A DNA stretch of 64,000 bases from Pseudomonadota bacterium (GTDB taxonomy: Bacteria; Pseudomonadota; Gammaproteobacteria; SURF-13): positions 16,124 through 80,123 of the forward strand of contig JBFLZV010000002.1 in NCBI GenBank assembly GCA_040756035.1, read 5' to 3'. The notes below the pieces were generated by a model. The model was not told the origin of the DNA, made no database searches, and worked only from the letters and a program-made list of their open reading frames with translations. Position 1 is the stretch's first letter, and each line of letters starts with the position of its first letter. The position numbers were made by a program, and so were the translations under genes. Shown one piece after another: positions 53,765 through 64,000 of the stretch.

Positions 53765-54443
53765 TTTTTCCAGTCAAGTATTGAACGAACCACTGCCGCG
53801 CCAAATCGGCCACCCGCTCCAGCGTGCCGGGTTCCTCGAACAAATGCGTGGCGCCGCCCACGATCGACAGCTTTTTCACCGCGGGCAGTTGCGCCAATGC
53901 GTCTTCATTGAGGCGCAGCACCGCGACGTCGTCGCCGCCCACGATCAGCAGCGTGGGCGCGCGCACCTTGGCCAGCGCCGGACCCGCCAGGTCGGGCCGT
54001 CCGCCGCGCGACACCACCGCGTGCACGGCGTCCGGATGCCGCGCGGCGGCCAGCAGCGCCGCGCCCGCGCCGGTGCTGGCGCCGAAATAGCCGATCGGCA
54101 ATGCGTGCGTGGCGGCGTGTTCGCGCAGCCAGTCGGTGGCGCGCGTGAGCCGTTCCGCGAGCAGTTCGATGTCGAAGCGCAGGTGCCCGGTGTAGCGCTC
54201 GGCGGCTTCCTCTTCCGCGGTGAGCAGGTCGATGAGCAGTGTGGCTAGGCCGGCCTGTTGCAGCACCTGCGCCACGTAGCGGTTGCGCGGACTATGGCGG
54301 CTGCTGCCGCTGCCGTGCGCGAACAACACCACGCCGCGCGCGTCGGGCGGTATCGTCAAGTCGCCTTCCAAAACCGTATTAGGCCCTATGCTGATGCGCA
54401 CCGGATATTCGTCGAGCGCGGGGCTGGTTGCAGCTGTTCTCAT
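53718..54443 (-). CDS. Dienelactone hydrolase family alpha/beta hydrolase
   Basis: 241 aa with a GxSxG-like nucleophile elbow (GASTGAG) and the DLH fold. The C-terminal 15 codons are encoded by a palindromic element. Confidence 0.7.
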   Translation of the reverse strand: MRTAATSPALDEYPVRISIGPNTVLEGDLTIPPDARGVVLFAHGSGSSRHSPRNRYVAQVLQQAGLATLLIDLLTAEEEAAERYTGHLRFDIELLAERLTRATDWLREHAATHALPIGYFGASTGAGAALLAAARHPDAVHAVVSRGGRPDLAGPALAKVRAPTLLIVGGDDVAVLRLNEDALAQLPAVKKLSIVGGATHLFEEPGTLERVADLARQWFVQYLTGKTVTSDKIKNRLMFFL

Positions 54444-54474
54444 AATTGATCTCCCCTTACGGAGGGCGTGGATA

Positions 54475-55185
54475 CTAGTGTTTGATCTCCGACCCGCGCA
54501 GGGCTGGTTCCGCGCCGTGGCGCGGCTGCGCGGGACGCGCGCCGCCGCCCGGCGCGCGCGCCGTTTGCATGCCCATGCCGCGCGCCAGCAAGGCGAGTCC
54601 CGCGATCATCACCACGCGGCCCAGCAGGCCGCCGTGTTTGACACCGTAGGCCAGCAGCGCACTGCCGCTGCCGGCGCCGAATAAACGCGCGGTGGGCGAC
54701 CAATTACGCGGCGCCGGCGCGCGTCCGCCGCCCTGTAATGATGGGATGGAGTCGGCGTCGTCATGCGGTTCCAGTTGATTCTCTATGCCGCTCACGCCCG
54801 GCACCGCGGCGATGCCGGCCAGCAGCGCGCCGCTCTCGTGCGTGAGCACCGGCCCGCTCAGCGTCACGCGCCCCTGTTCGGCGCTCACGCGGATGGCGCG
54901 CGGATGCGAAACCAAGCGGCCCAGTCTGGCGCGCACGCGTTCCACGAGCTGTGCATCGCTAACCTGTTTCTGGTGGAGCCATTTGTCCCATTCGGCCAGC
55001 AGTCCGTAAGCGCGTTGCGTCACGTCGCGCCGTGTAATCTCCCAGGCGCGCCGCAGTTGCTTGGAGAAGTGTGCGCTTTTATCGTATAGGCGCGCGCGCC
55101 GTGCGCGGCCACGGTCGGGATCGAACAGATACATCAGGCCCGCGCCCACTCCCAGGCCGCCCAGTAAAGTTGTTATTCTGCCCAT
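54475..55185 (-). CDS. BON domain-containing protein (OsmY-like)
   Basis: N-terminal TM helix, a BON domain (AQLVERVRARLGRLVSHPRAIRVSAEQGRVTLSGPV) and a C-terminal hydrophobic segment. Confidence 0.55.
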   Translation of the reverse strand: MGRITTLLGGLGVGAGLMYLFDPDRGRARRARLYDKSAHFSKQLRRAWEITRRDVTQRAYGLLAEWDKWLHQKQVSDAQLVERVRARLGRLVSHPRAIRVSAEQGRVTLSGPVLTHESGALLAGIAAVPGVSGIENQLEPHDDADSIPSLQGGGRAPAPRNWSPTARLFGAGSGSALLAYGVKHGGLLGRVVMIAGLALLARGMGMQTARAPGGGARPAQPRHGAEPALRGSEIKH

Positions 55186-55228
55186 TGGCTCCTCCTGTGC
55201 GCAGCACTTGTGGTTGACGGGCCGCGTC

Positions 55229-56056
55229 TCACGTAGTGCGCAGCGTGCTCGCCGTCGCGCGCGCGCGATGACTGGTGCTGCGTGCGCCGATGGCCCCGCC
55301 CCAGATGCCCAGCGCCATCGACAGCAATATTCCGAAGAACAGCCACCACGACGCCGTGGCCAGCGCCGATACGGCTTGGTCCGCCGCCTGGCGCGCCTGC
55401 TGCGAGGCTTGGCCGCCTTGGCCGAACAGCATCAGCGCCTGGTCCACTACTTGGTTGGCGCGCTCCTGGGTAAAGCCCATTTGATTTATCATCACATCCA
55501 TGGCGCCCTGCCGGTCACCCGCTTGTAAACGCTGTTGCAGCGTCTGTAGGGATTCAGGCGTGATGGCGCCCTCGGTGGAGCCGCCCTTGATGAGCGCCTC
55601 GAGCTGGCCGCCTGCGCCGCTCGGCGCGCCGGCCACTACTTGCGCCGCGCCGCGCAGGCTCTGGCCGAGCATACCGAACGCACCGCCCAGCAGCGAACCC
55701 ATGGCGGTGGTGGTGAGATAGGCGAACAGCAGCGTAGTGACGCCCCACGCCACGAAGCCGTGAAACATACCGTCGGTGAGACGCGACAATCCGGACATGC
55801 GCGCCGCCACATAACCGCCCACGAATGCGGCGATTAACAGGCTGATGCCGGTCCAGATGCCGGTCGCCACCGGCACCGCGCCGACCGGCTGCGCGGCCTG
55901 CGGCTCCACGGCGGACAACCCGGCGGCGATGCCGAGCAGCGTAAGTAAAATATAACTTGCCGTGCCCACCACCAGCCCGGCGAAAATCGCGCCCCAGCTT
56001 ATCCAGGAAAAATACGATCTGCGCGGGGTGGTGGTAACTTGTTGAGCTTCCGTCAT
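55229..56056 (-). CDS. Hypothetical membrane protein (4 TM, Gln/Ala-rich loop)
   Basis: The start was chosen at MTEAQQ (ATG 56056), which has a strong AAGGAGG Shine-Dalgarno. No family recognised. Confidence 0.5.
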   Translation of the reverse strand: MTEAQQVTTTPRRSYFSWISWGAIFAGLVVGTASYILLTLLGIAAGLSAVEPQAAQPVGAVPVATGIWTGISLLIAAFVGGYVAARMSGLSRLTDGMFHGFVAWGVTTLLFAYLTTTAMGSLLGGAFGMLGQSLRGAAQVVAGAPSGAGGQLEALIKGGSTEGAITPESLQTLQQRLQAGDRQGAMDVMINQMGFTQERANQVVDQALMLFGQGGQASQQARQAADQAVSALATASWWLFFGILLSMALGIWGGAIGARSTSHRARATASTLRTT

Positions 56057-56124
56057 TGCGGATTCCTCCTTGTTAGGCGTTAAAATTAAAAGGCGTCTGA
56101 CGCCGCTCCAGTAAAAGCTGCGCA

Positions 56125-56280
56125 TCACAAGCGTCCCATCAGCACCAGGATGATGACAATGATGAGAATCAATCCCAGCACACCGCTGGGATAGTAGCCC
56201 CAGCCGCTGCTGTAAGGCCACGAGGGAATGGCACCGATAACGAGTAGGATCAATAAAATAATCAAGATTGTCCCTACCAT
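56125..56280 (-). CDS. DUF3309-family small membrane protein (51 aa). Not present in the ORF track.
   Basis: Translated by hand: MVGTILIILLILLVIGAIPSWPYSSGWGYYPSGVLGLILIIVIILVLMGRL, which matches the DUF3309 pattern. AAGGAGGG Shine-Dalgarno upstream. The ATG overlaps the hemerythrin stop. Confidence 0.6.
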   Translation of the reverse strand: MVGTILIILLILLVIGAIPSWPYSSGWGYYPSGVLGLILIIVIILVLMGRL

Positions 56281-56633
56281 GCAGCCCTCCTTAATTTAGG
56301 TGTTCGTCGGCTGGGTTCGCACGCTATCGGTGCGGGCGATGCGCCGTGCCGCGCTGCACGGCGGTCCAGCGCCGCGGCCACGTGATGCTCTTCCTCGGCC
56401 TCATCCATGAGATCGTCGTCGTCGATGGCGGCGCGCACCGCAGGATAGAAAATTTCCTCCTCGATCGCGCGGTGGATTTTTAGTTCGGACAGCGCATCGT
56501 TCACGATGCGCCGCTCGGTGCGCTGGTCGGCGGTCTGCTCGAATTTATCGAACAAGGCTTGCATGCGTTCATGATCTTCGCGCAGCATTTTCAGCGCATC
56601 CATTGCATGGCCTTTGGTCTTGCGGGTTGCCAT
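56274..56633 (-). CDS. Hemerythrin HHE cation-binding domain protein
   Basis: Has LREDHERM, IHRAIEEEIFYP and EEEHH motifs. The start is chosen at MATRKTK (ATG 56633), which has a GGAGG Shine-Dalgarno. Confidence 0.6.
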   Translation of the reverse strand: MATRKTKGHAMDALKMLREDHERMQALFDKFEQTADQRTERRIVNDALSELKIHRAIEEEIFYPAVRAAIDDDDLMDEAEEEHHVAAALDRRAARHGASPAPIACEPSRRTPKLRRAAW

Positions 56634-56684
56634 TCTCTTCCTCCATGAATCGCGGCCGCGCTGAGTGCGGCTCAAGCTCAACAC

Positions 56685-56852
56685 TTAAGAGCGTTTCTTG
56701 GCTTTTTGTCCGCCCCCTTGCTGGATGCCCATCGGGCCACCCAGTTTGTGGATGTCGGGTGATCCGCGGCGGGGGGTGGATGCGCTTTTGTCCTTATCGC
56801 GCGCACGCTCTCGTTCCACTTTGCCGGTCTTGGGATTTTCCGGACGCGCCAT
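56685..56852 (-). CDS. Small Lys/Arg/Gly-rich protein (55 aa), possibly a stress-induced KGG-like protein. Not present in the ORF track.
   Basis: Translated by hand: MARPENPKTGKVERERARDKDKSASTPRRGSPDIHKLGGPMGIQQGGGQKAKKRS. AAGGAGA Shine-Dalgarno 7 nt upstream of the ATG. Confidence 0.35.
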   Translation of the reverse strand: MARPENPKTGKVERERARDKDKSASTPRRGSPDIHKLGGPMGIQQGGGQKAKKRS

Positions 56853-57035
56853 GAGTGCTCTCCTTGCATATTTAGGGAATCTCTGGTTATTCAGAGGTTC
56901 CTAGAAGACCGGGCGGGTTCGCCCCGCCCGCTGTAATTCACATAAAAATTTGGACAGCACGATCCTAGAAAAATTCATAGTCGTCCATCCTCGACGGACG
57001 GCTGCATCGCCCTGTATAAGACGGTGTCCGGCGCG

Positions 57036-57905
57036 TTATGTTTCAACGGAAATGCCGTATTGCCACGACTGCTCGCCGCGCGGCGCCACGCCGATCACGC
57101 CCGGTTTGTCTCGAAATTCACCGTCGAATTCTTCCGGGCTGGCGTGGCCTTGCCAGGGTTCGATGCACACGAAACCGGCACCGGGCTTGGTCCATATGCC
57201 CAAATGCGGGAAGCCGGGGAAGGTGAGATGAATCTTGGGCGCGCCCGGCGCGCTATAGACCAGCGAGCGGCTGTGCAGTGCGTCGAACAGCACCACGTCG
57301 TCCACGAACAGCACGTCGCGCAAGCGCAGTACGCGGCCCTGCACCGGCGTCGCAAAGCGCTCCGCGACGATCAGCCCGTCGCGGATGCGGCGTATCGGCG
57401 CGGGTTCGTCCTGCGCGAAGGTGATGGTGTGCGCGGTGCGCTCCGCGCCGTCCTGCAACGGCCAATTGAAGGCTGGATGCGCGCCGATGCTGGCGTACAG
57501 CGGCTCCGCCGCCGGATTGCGCAGCCGGTAGGTGATGACCAGCGTGGCGCCATCGAGGCGGTGCGTGATAAAAAGTTCGAAGGCGAACGGATAGCGTGCG
57601 CGGGTCTGCTCGGAATCGCTCAATAGCAGCGTGCACTGCGTCGCCGATTGTTCCACGCAGGTGAACTCCAGGTCACGCGCGAAGCCGTGATTGGTGAGCG
57701 GATACGCCTTGCCGGCGTGGCGCAGCGTGTCGTTCTTAAGCCGCCCGACGATGGGGAACAGATGCGGGGCATGGCGGCCCCATACCGCCGGGTCGGCCTG
57801 CCACAGCAATTCGCGGCCGGCGGCGGTCTGCAACGATTGCAGTTCCGCGCCGCGGCTGGCAATCTTTACCGATAGGGCGGGCGAACGCAGTATGTAATCA
57901 GTCAT
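57036..57905 (-). CDS. Aldose 1-epimerase (galactose mutarotase-like) family protein
   Basis: 289 aa with the mutarotase-fold signature (HLFPIVGRL, GAHPAFN). Confidence 0.75.
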   Translation of the reverse strand: MTDYILRSPALSVKIASRGAELQSLQTAAGRELLWQADPAVWGRHAPHLFPIVGRLKNDTLRHAGKAYPLTNHGFARDLEFTCVEQSATQCTLLLSDSEQTRARYPFAFELFITHRLDGATLVITYRLRNPAAEPLYASIGAHPAFNWPLQDGAERTAHTITFAQDEPAPIRRIRDGLIVAERFATPVQGRVLRLRDVLFVDDVVLFDALHSRSLVYSAPGAPKIHLTFPGFPHLGIWTKPGAGFVCIEPWQGHASPEEFDGEFRDKPGVIGVAPRGEQSWQYGISVET

Positions 57906-57977
57906 GACGATTCCTTAAAAATTTTAGAGAGGATACCTTGCCTACCGCCTTGTACCCTGTCAAGCAACGGGGCCCGG

Positions 57978-58005
57978 TTGAATCCCGCGCGCCCAGCCCC
58001 CATAT
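57978..58005 (+). promoter_or_regulatory. Sigma-32 (RpoH) heat-shock promoter of clpB
   Basis: TTGAAT-N14-CCCCATAT read directly. This matches the sigma-32 consensus CTTGAAA-N13-15-CCCCATnT and lies 28 nt upstream of the clpB ATG. Confidence 0.7.
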
Positions 58006-58032
58006 TCATCTGAACTACTAGAGGACACCGCC

Positions 58033-60636
<2,604 letters not shown>

Positions 60637-60637
60637 T

Positions 60638-60738
60638 GGTGAGGAGTGAGGAGAAAGGTGTGAGGGGTAAAAAAAACCATGCTCCCTAATCAAGGGATTT
60701 CCTGCTCACTCCTCACTCCTTACTCCTCACGCCTCACC
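60638..60738. repeat. Family 2 palindromic element, copy H, between clpB and the HDOD gene
   Basis: The outer 16 bp, GGTGAGGAGTGAGGAG (60638-60653), pair with CTCCTCACGCCTCACC (60723-60738) with one mismatch. The inner arms show the same unit structure. Confidence 0.75.
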
Positions 60739-60755
60739 GGCGCAGCCTCGCACAC

Positions 60756-62258
60756 ATGAACGCCACCACTCGCACGCAACCTGCCAACCTAAGCAACTGG
60801 GTCGAGCGTATCAGCCAGGAAGAGATGCCGGTGTTCAGCCACACCATCCAAAAAATGGTGCGCTTCACCGAGAACTCCGAAGGCTCGCTGTCGGAACTCG
60901 CCAAGCTGGTGCTGCAAGACGTGGGCATGACCGCGCGCGTGCTGCGCATGGCCAACAGCAGCTACTACAACCCGCTGCGCTACAGCATCAGCACCATCAG
61001 CCGCGCCGTGGTGCTGCTCGGACTCAACGTGGTGCGCAGCATTTGCCTGTCCGCGGTGCTCATCGACACGCTCATCAAACGCGGCGTGCGCGAGCGCGTG
61101 GCGCAGGAAATCGCGCGCTCCTTTCACGCCGCGGTGCAGGCGCGTGCTCTGGCCGTACAACGCAGCGATACCTCGCCGGAGACGGTGTTCATCGCCGCGC
61201 TGCTGCAAAACATCGGCGAGATGGCGTTCTGGTGCATGTCCGGCGAGACCGGCGAACGCCTGGACCGCGCGCTGCGCAGGCCGGGCTGCGATCCCGCGCA
61301 AGTCGAAGAGGAAATCCTGGGCTTTCGTCTCAAGGAGCTGAGTCAGGGGCTGTCGCAAGCGTGGGGGCTGGAAGAAGTCTTGCACGCGCCGGCCCAGGAG
61401 GGCGCCAAGGCCAAACAGCGCGGCGAATGGATCACGCTCGGCTACCAAGTCGCGAAAAAGGCCGAACACGGCTGGGACAGTCCGGACATGGAGGTCCTCA
61501 AGCAGCGCATCGCCGAACAATTGCACCAACCGCTCGAGCAGGTGCAGCCGTTCCTGCACCACAACGCCGGCGAAGCGGCGGCCATTACCAGCGGCTACGG
61601 CATGAAGGCGGCGGCGCAGAAAATACCGCTGCCCGCTTGGCAGGCGAAAAAGTTCGAGGAGCAGGCGGCGACGCACGAAGAAGAGCGCGCCGAGGCGAGC
61701 GTCGTATTTTTGGAGCCCGACCCGTTGCTGCAACTGAAAATTCTGCGCGAACTGTCGGCGCTGCTCAACAGCCGGCCCAATCTCAACACGCTGCTGGAAA
61801 TGGTATTGGAAGGCATTTATCGCGGCGTCGGTATGGACCGCGCCCTGTTCACGCTGCTCACCCCGGATCACCGCGCGCTGCGCCCGCGCCTGGCGCTGGG
61901 CGCAGCGCAGGAAAAGTGGGTCGCGCAATTTCATCTGGACGTCGACAAGGCGCACCCCAATCTGCTGACGTGCACCATGGACGACAAGGAAAGCCTGTGG
62001 GTCAAGGACAGCCGCGCGCCGCAGTACTACAGCCAGTTGCCCGCGCACTTTATCGATGTCTTGCAGGTGCAGGCGTTTTTCCTATCGCCCATTATCATCA
62101 ATCAGCGCGCCATCGGCCTGTTTTACGCCGACCGCGAACCCTCCGCGCGCCCCCTCGACGAAGAAAGTTTCGAGAGCTTCAAATTATTCACGCAGCAGGC
62201 CAATCTGGGCCTGCAACACCTCACCGCCAAGCCCGATTCCGCGCCGCCGCAGCGCTAA
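60756..62258 (+). CDS. HDOD domain-containing signalling protein (HDOD + C-terminal GAF-like region)
   Basis: Has the HDOD signature (LxxxxxMxxSSYYN..., LLQNIGEMAFW). Confidence 0.7.
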   Translation: MNATTRTQPANLSNWVERISQEEMPVFSHTIQKMVRFTENSEGSLSELAKLVLQDVGMTARVLRMANSSYYNPLRYSISTISRAVVLLGLNVVRSICLSAVLIDTLIKRGVRERVAQEIARSFHAAVQARALAVQRSDTSPETVFIAALLQNIGEMAFWCMSGETGERLDRALRRPGCDPAQVEEEILGFRLKELSQGLSQAWGLEEVLHAPAQEGAKAKQRGEWITLGYQVAKKAEHGWDSPDMEVLKQRIAEQLHQPLEQVQPFLHHNAGEAAAITSGYGMKAAAQKIPLPAWQAKKFEEQAATHEEERAEASVVFLEPDPLLQLKILRELSALLNSRPNLNTLLEMVLEGIYRGVGMDRALFTLLTPDHRALRPRLALGAAQEKWVAQFHLDVDKAHPNLLTCTMDDKESLWVKDSRAPQYYSQLPAHFIDVLQVQAFFLSPIIINQRAIGLFYADREPSARPLDEESFESFKLFTQQANLGLQHLTAKPDSAPPQR

Positions 62259-62650
62259 ATTAGCTGTTCGCTCAGGCTCTTCCGCGGCCTGATTTTCCGC
62301 GCCCCGCCAAGCCGCATTCTGATGCGCCTGTCTAATTTTAATTTCTCAATAATCAATAGCCTATGACGCACACCTCGCTCATTCCCTAATTTTTGCCGGG
62401 GGGTATTGACAGAGGAACATTGTTAGGAATAAGGTGTCACAAACTACATCATCTTGTGTTTATCCGGTTTATCGCACCCATTCTGTAGTGGTAAAGCCAG
62501 AAAACACAGGTATTAAACACAGGTATTGTAAGGGAAGCAGGGCAAGGCAGGCAGCGGTTTCGTACTCCCCGGGGGGAAGTCACGCCGATCTATAGGACCA
62601 CAGCTCCATACGCCGGGCCGTCTTTGAACAAAACGATTTGGGAGGGAATC
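62259..62650 (+). promoter_or_regulatory. Long nrdA 5' leader/promoter region
   Basis: 392 bp of non-coding sequence. Contains TTGACA (62406-62411), a near-palindrome CACAAACTACATCATCTTGTG (62438-62458) and a direct repeat ACACAGGTATT x2 (62505-62530). The GGAGGG Shine-Dalgarno sits before the ATG at 62651. Confidence 0.4.
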
Positions 62651-64000
62651 ATGCAAACAGAATCTATCGCAGCCGTCTCCGGTGTTGAGCCCGCCGCCCA
62701 CGCGCAAACCGCGTCGGACGCGCCCGCCGCCGACGTGCTGGCCACCGCGCCGGGTAAATATAAGGTCATCCGCCGCAACGGCAAGGCCACCGGCTTCGAT
62801 CCGGACAAGATCGTCATCGCCATGACCAAGGCGTTTCTGGCGGTGGAGGGTGGCAGCGGCGCGGCCTCGGCGCGCATCCGCGACATCGTGCGCGAACTGG
62901 GGATGCAGGTGGCCGACTCGCTGATGCGCCGCCAGCCGGGCGGCGGCACCTTTCATATCGAGGACATTCAAGACCAGGTGGAGCTGGCGCTGATGCGCGC
63001 CGGCCACCATAAAATAGCGCGCGCCTACGTGCTGTACCGTGAACAGCGCGCGCAGGAGCGCGAGCGCGAGCGCGCCGAGGCCGCGGCGCAGCCGGCGCTG
63101 CCCACGCTCAACGTCACCGCCGCCGACGGCGGCGTGCGCCCGCTGGATATGGCGCGCTTGCAAAAAGTGGTGAATGAGGCCTGCCAGGGGCTGGCCGAGG
63201 TCAGCGCGCAGACCATCCTCGACGACACGCTGCGTAACCTGTTCGACGGCGTGTCCGAGCGCGATGTGGCGCGCGCCCTGGTGATGAGCGCGCGCGCGCT
63301 CATCGAGCAGGAACCGAACTACAGCTACGTCGCCGCGCGCCTGCTGCTCGACGAGCTGCGCCGCGAGGCGCTGTCGTTCACGGCCGGGTGCGAACGCTCC
63401 GCCACGCACGCCGACATGAGCGAGGTGTACGTCGATTATTTCCAAGACTACATCCGGCGCGGCGTGGAGCTGGAGCTGCTCGACCCGCGCCTCAAACAGT
63501 TTAATCTGGTGTGCCTGGGTCAGGCGCTGGTGCCGGCGCGTGACGCGCAGTTTACCTATCTCGGCCTGCAAACGCTGTACGACCGCTACTTCCTGCATTC
63601 GCACGGCACGCGCTTCGAACTGCCGCAGGCGTTTTTCATGCGCGTGGCCATGGGACTGGCCATCAACGAGGTCGAGCGTGAGGCGCGCGCCATCGAGTTC
63701 TACAACCTGCTGTCGAGCTTCGATTTCATGAGTTCCACGCCCACGCTGTTCAACGCCGGCACGCTGCGCCCGCAGTTGTCGAGCTGCTATCTCACCACCG
63801 TGCCCGACCACCTGGAGGGCATCTACGGCGCCATCAAGGACAACGCGTTGCTGTCCAAATACGCCGGCGGCCTGGGCAACGACTGGTCGCGCGTGCGCGC
63901 GTTGGGCGCGCACATCAAGGGCACCAACGGCAAGTCGCAGGGCGTGGTGCCGTTCCTGAAAGTCGCCAACGACACCGCAGTGGCGGTCAACCAGGGCGGC
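62651..64000 (+). CDS. nrdA: Ribonucleoside-diphosphate reductase alpha subunit (class Ia). Partial: it runs off the window end and is not in the ORF track.
   Basis: Hand translation from the ATG at 62651 gives an ATP-cone (KVIRRNGKATGFDPDKIVIAMTKAF) followed by class I RNR core motifs (FDFMSSTPTLFNAGT, LSSCYLTT). Confidence 0.9.
   Translation, partial: MQTESIAAVSGVEPAAHAQTASDAPAADVLATAPGKYKVIRRNGKATGFDPDKIVIAMTKAFLAVEGGSGAASARIRDIVRELGMQVADSLMRRQPGGGTFHIEDIQDQVELALMRAGHHKIARAYVLYREQRAQERERERAEAAAQPALPTLNVTAADGGVRPLDMARLQKVVNEACQGLAEVSAQTILDDTLRNLFDGVSERDVARALVMSARALIEQEPNYSYVAARLLLDELRREALSFTAGCERSATHADMSEVYVDYFQDYIRRGVELELLDPRLKQFNLVCLGQALVPARDAQFTYLGLQTLYDRYFLHSHGTRFELPQAFFMRVAMGLAINEVEREARAIEFYNLLSSFDFMSSTPTLFNAGTLRPQLSSCYLTTVPDHLEGIYGAIKDNALLSKYAGGLGNDWSRVRALGAHIKGTNGKSQGVVPFLKVANDTAVAVNQGG

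Noticed and set aside
56678-56904. Track ORFs 56678-56869(-) 63 aa and 56698-56904(+) 68 aa
   Set aside because: Neither has a ribosome-binding site or a plausible composition. A different minus-strand frame (56685-56852, 55 aa) with a canonical Shine-Dalgarno is the more likely gene and is reported instead, at low confidence.
62438-62530. Confident NrdR-box assignment in the nrdA leader
   Set aside because: The candidate sites match only the outer ACA/TGT halves of the 16-bp NrdR consensus. They are reported as a low-interest finding rather than a feature.

Overview
This is a high-GC (~65%) chromosomal segment, most likely from a gammaproteobacterium. It is dominated by core housekeeping genes arranged in conserved syntenies. 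From start to end: glgP; rho-trxA with divergent rhlB; methionine-salvage mtnD-mtnB; ispH; a type IV minor-pilin cluster (fimT-pilW-pilX-pilV) with a divergent pilE-like pilin; thiO; an Irr-like Fur-family regulator; tRNA-Thr(CGT); arfB; a Gate-domain membrane protein; the cell-wall/shape super-operon lipA-lipB-dat-dacA-rlpA-mltB-rodA-mrdA-mreD-mreC-mreB on the minus strand, divergent from gatC-gatA-gatB; corA; a REP-associated tyrosine transposase (RAYT); uup; pilR-pilS; a small zinc-ribbon protein; sucC-sucD; nadE-glnB; a nitroreductase; bamD divergent from rluD-yfiH; zupT; cydB-cydA; a lipoprotein; tkt; an epimerase; a CBS protein; a dienelactone hydrolase; a small stress-like island (BON protein, membrane protein, DUF3309, hemerythrin, a K/R-rich small ORF); a mutarotase; clpB with a sigma-32 promoter; an HDOD protein; and a partial nrdA. 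I did not recognise a canonical defence or secretion island. The striking feature is the non-coding fraction. Almost every sizeable intergenic space carries a small palindromic element from one of at least four families. (1) Classic REP hairpins (GTAGGTTGGGGTGA...GAACCCCAAC), with two copies flanking the RAYT gene in inverted orientation (a REPtron). (2) A family of long imperfect hairpins (8 copies) built from tandem 6-9 nt purine units (GTGAGG/AGTAAG/GGTGAT) followed by an arm of the complementary pyrimidine units. (3) A related family built from ACAAGT/GTTACAAGT units. (4) MITE-like elements bounded by ~15-24 bp terminal inverted repeats (AACGCAAAGACGC...), one of which sits exactly at the sucC stop codon between sucC and sucD. 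Several of these elements supply the terminal codons of flanking genes (cydB, the dienelactone hydrolase, yfiH, and possibly the rlpA signal region). All copies of families 2 and 3 have the same strand polarity regardless of the orientation of the flanking genes. Product assignments rest on my own recognition of sequence-family signatures in the supplied ORF translations. No database search was run.
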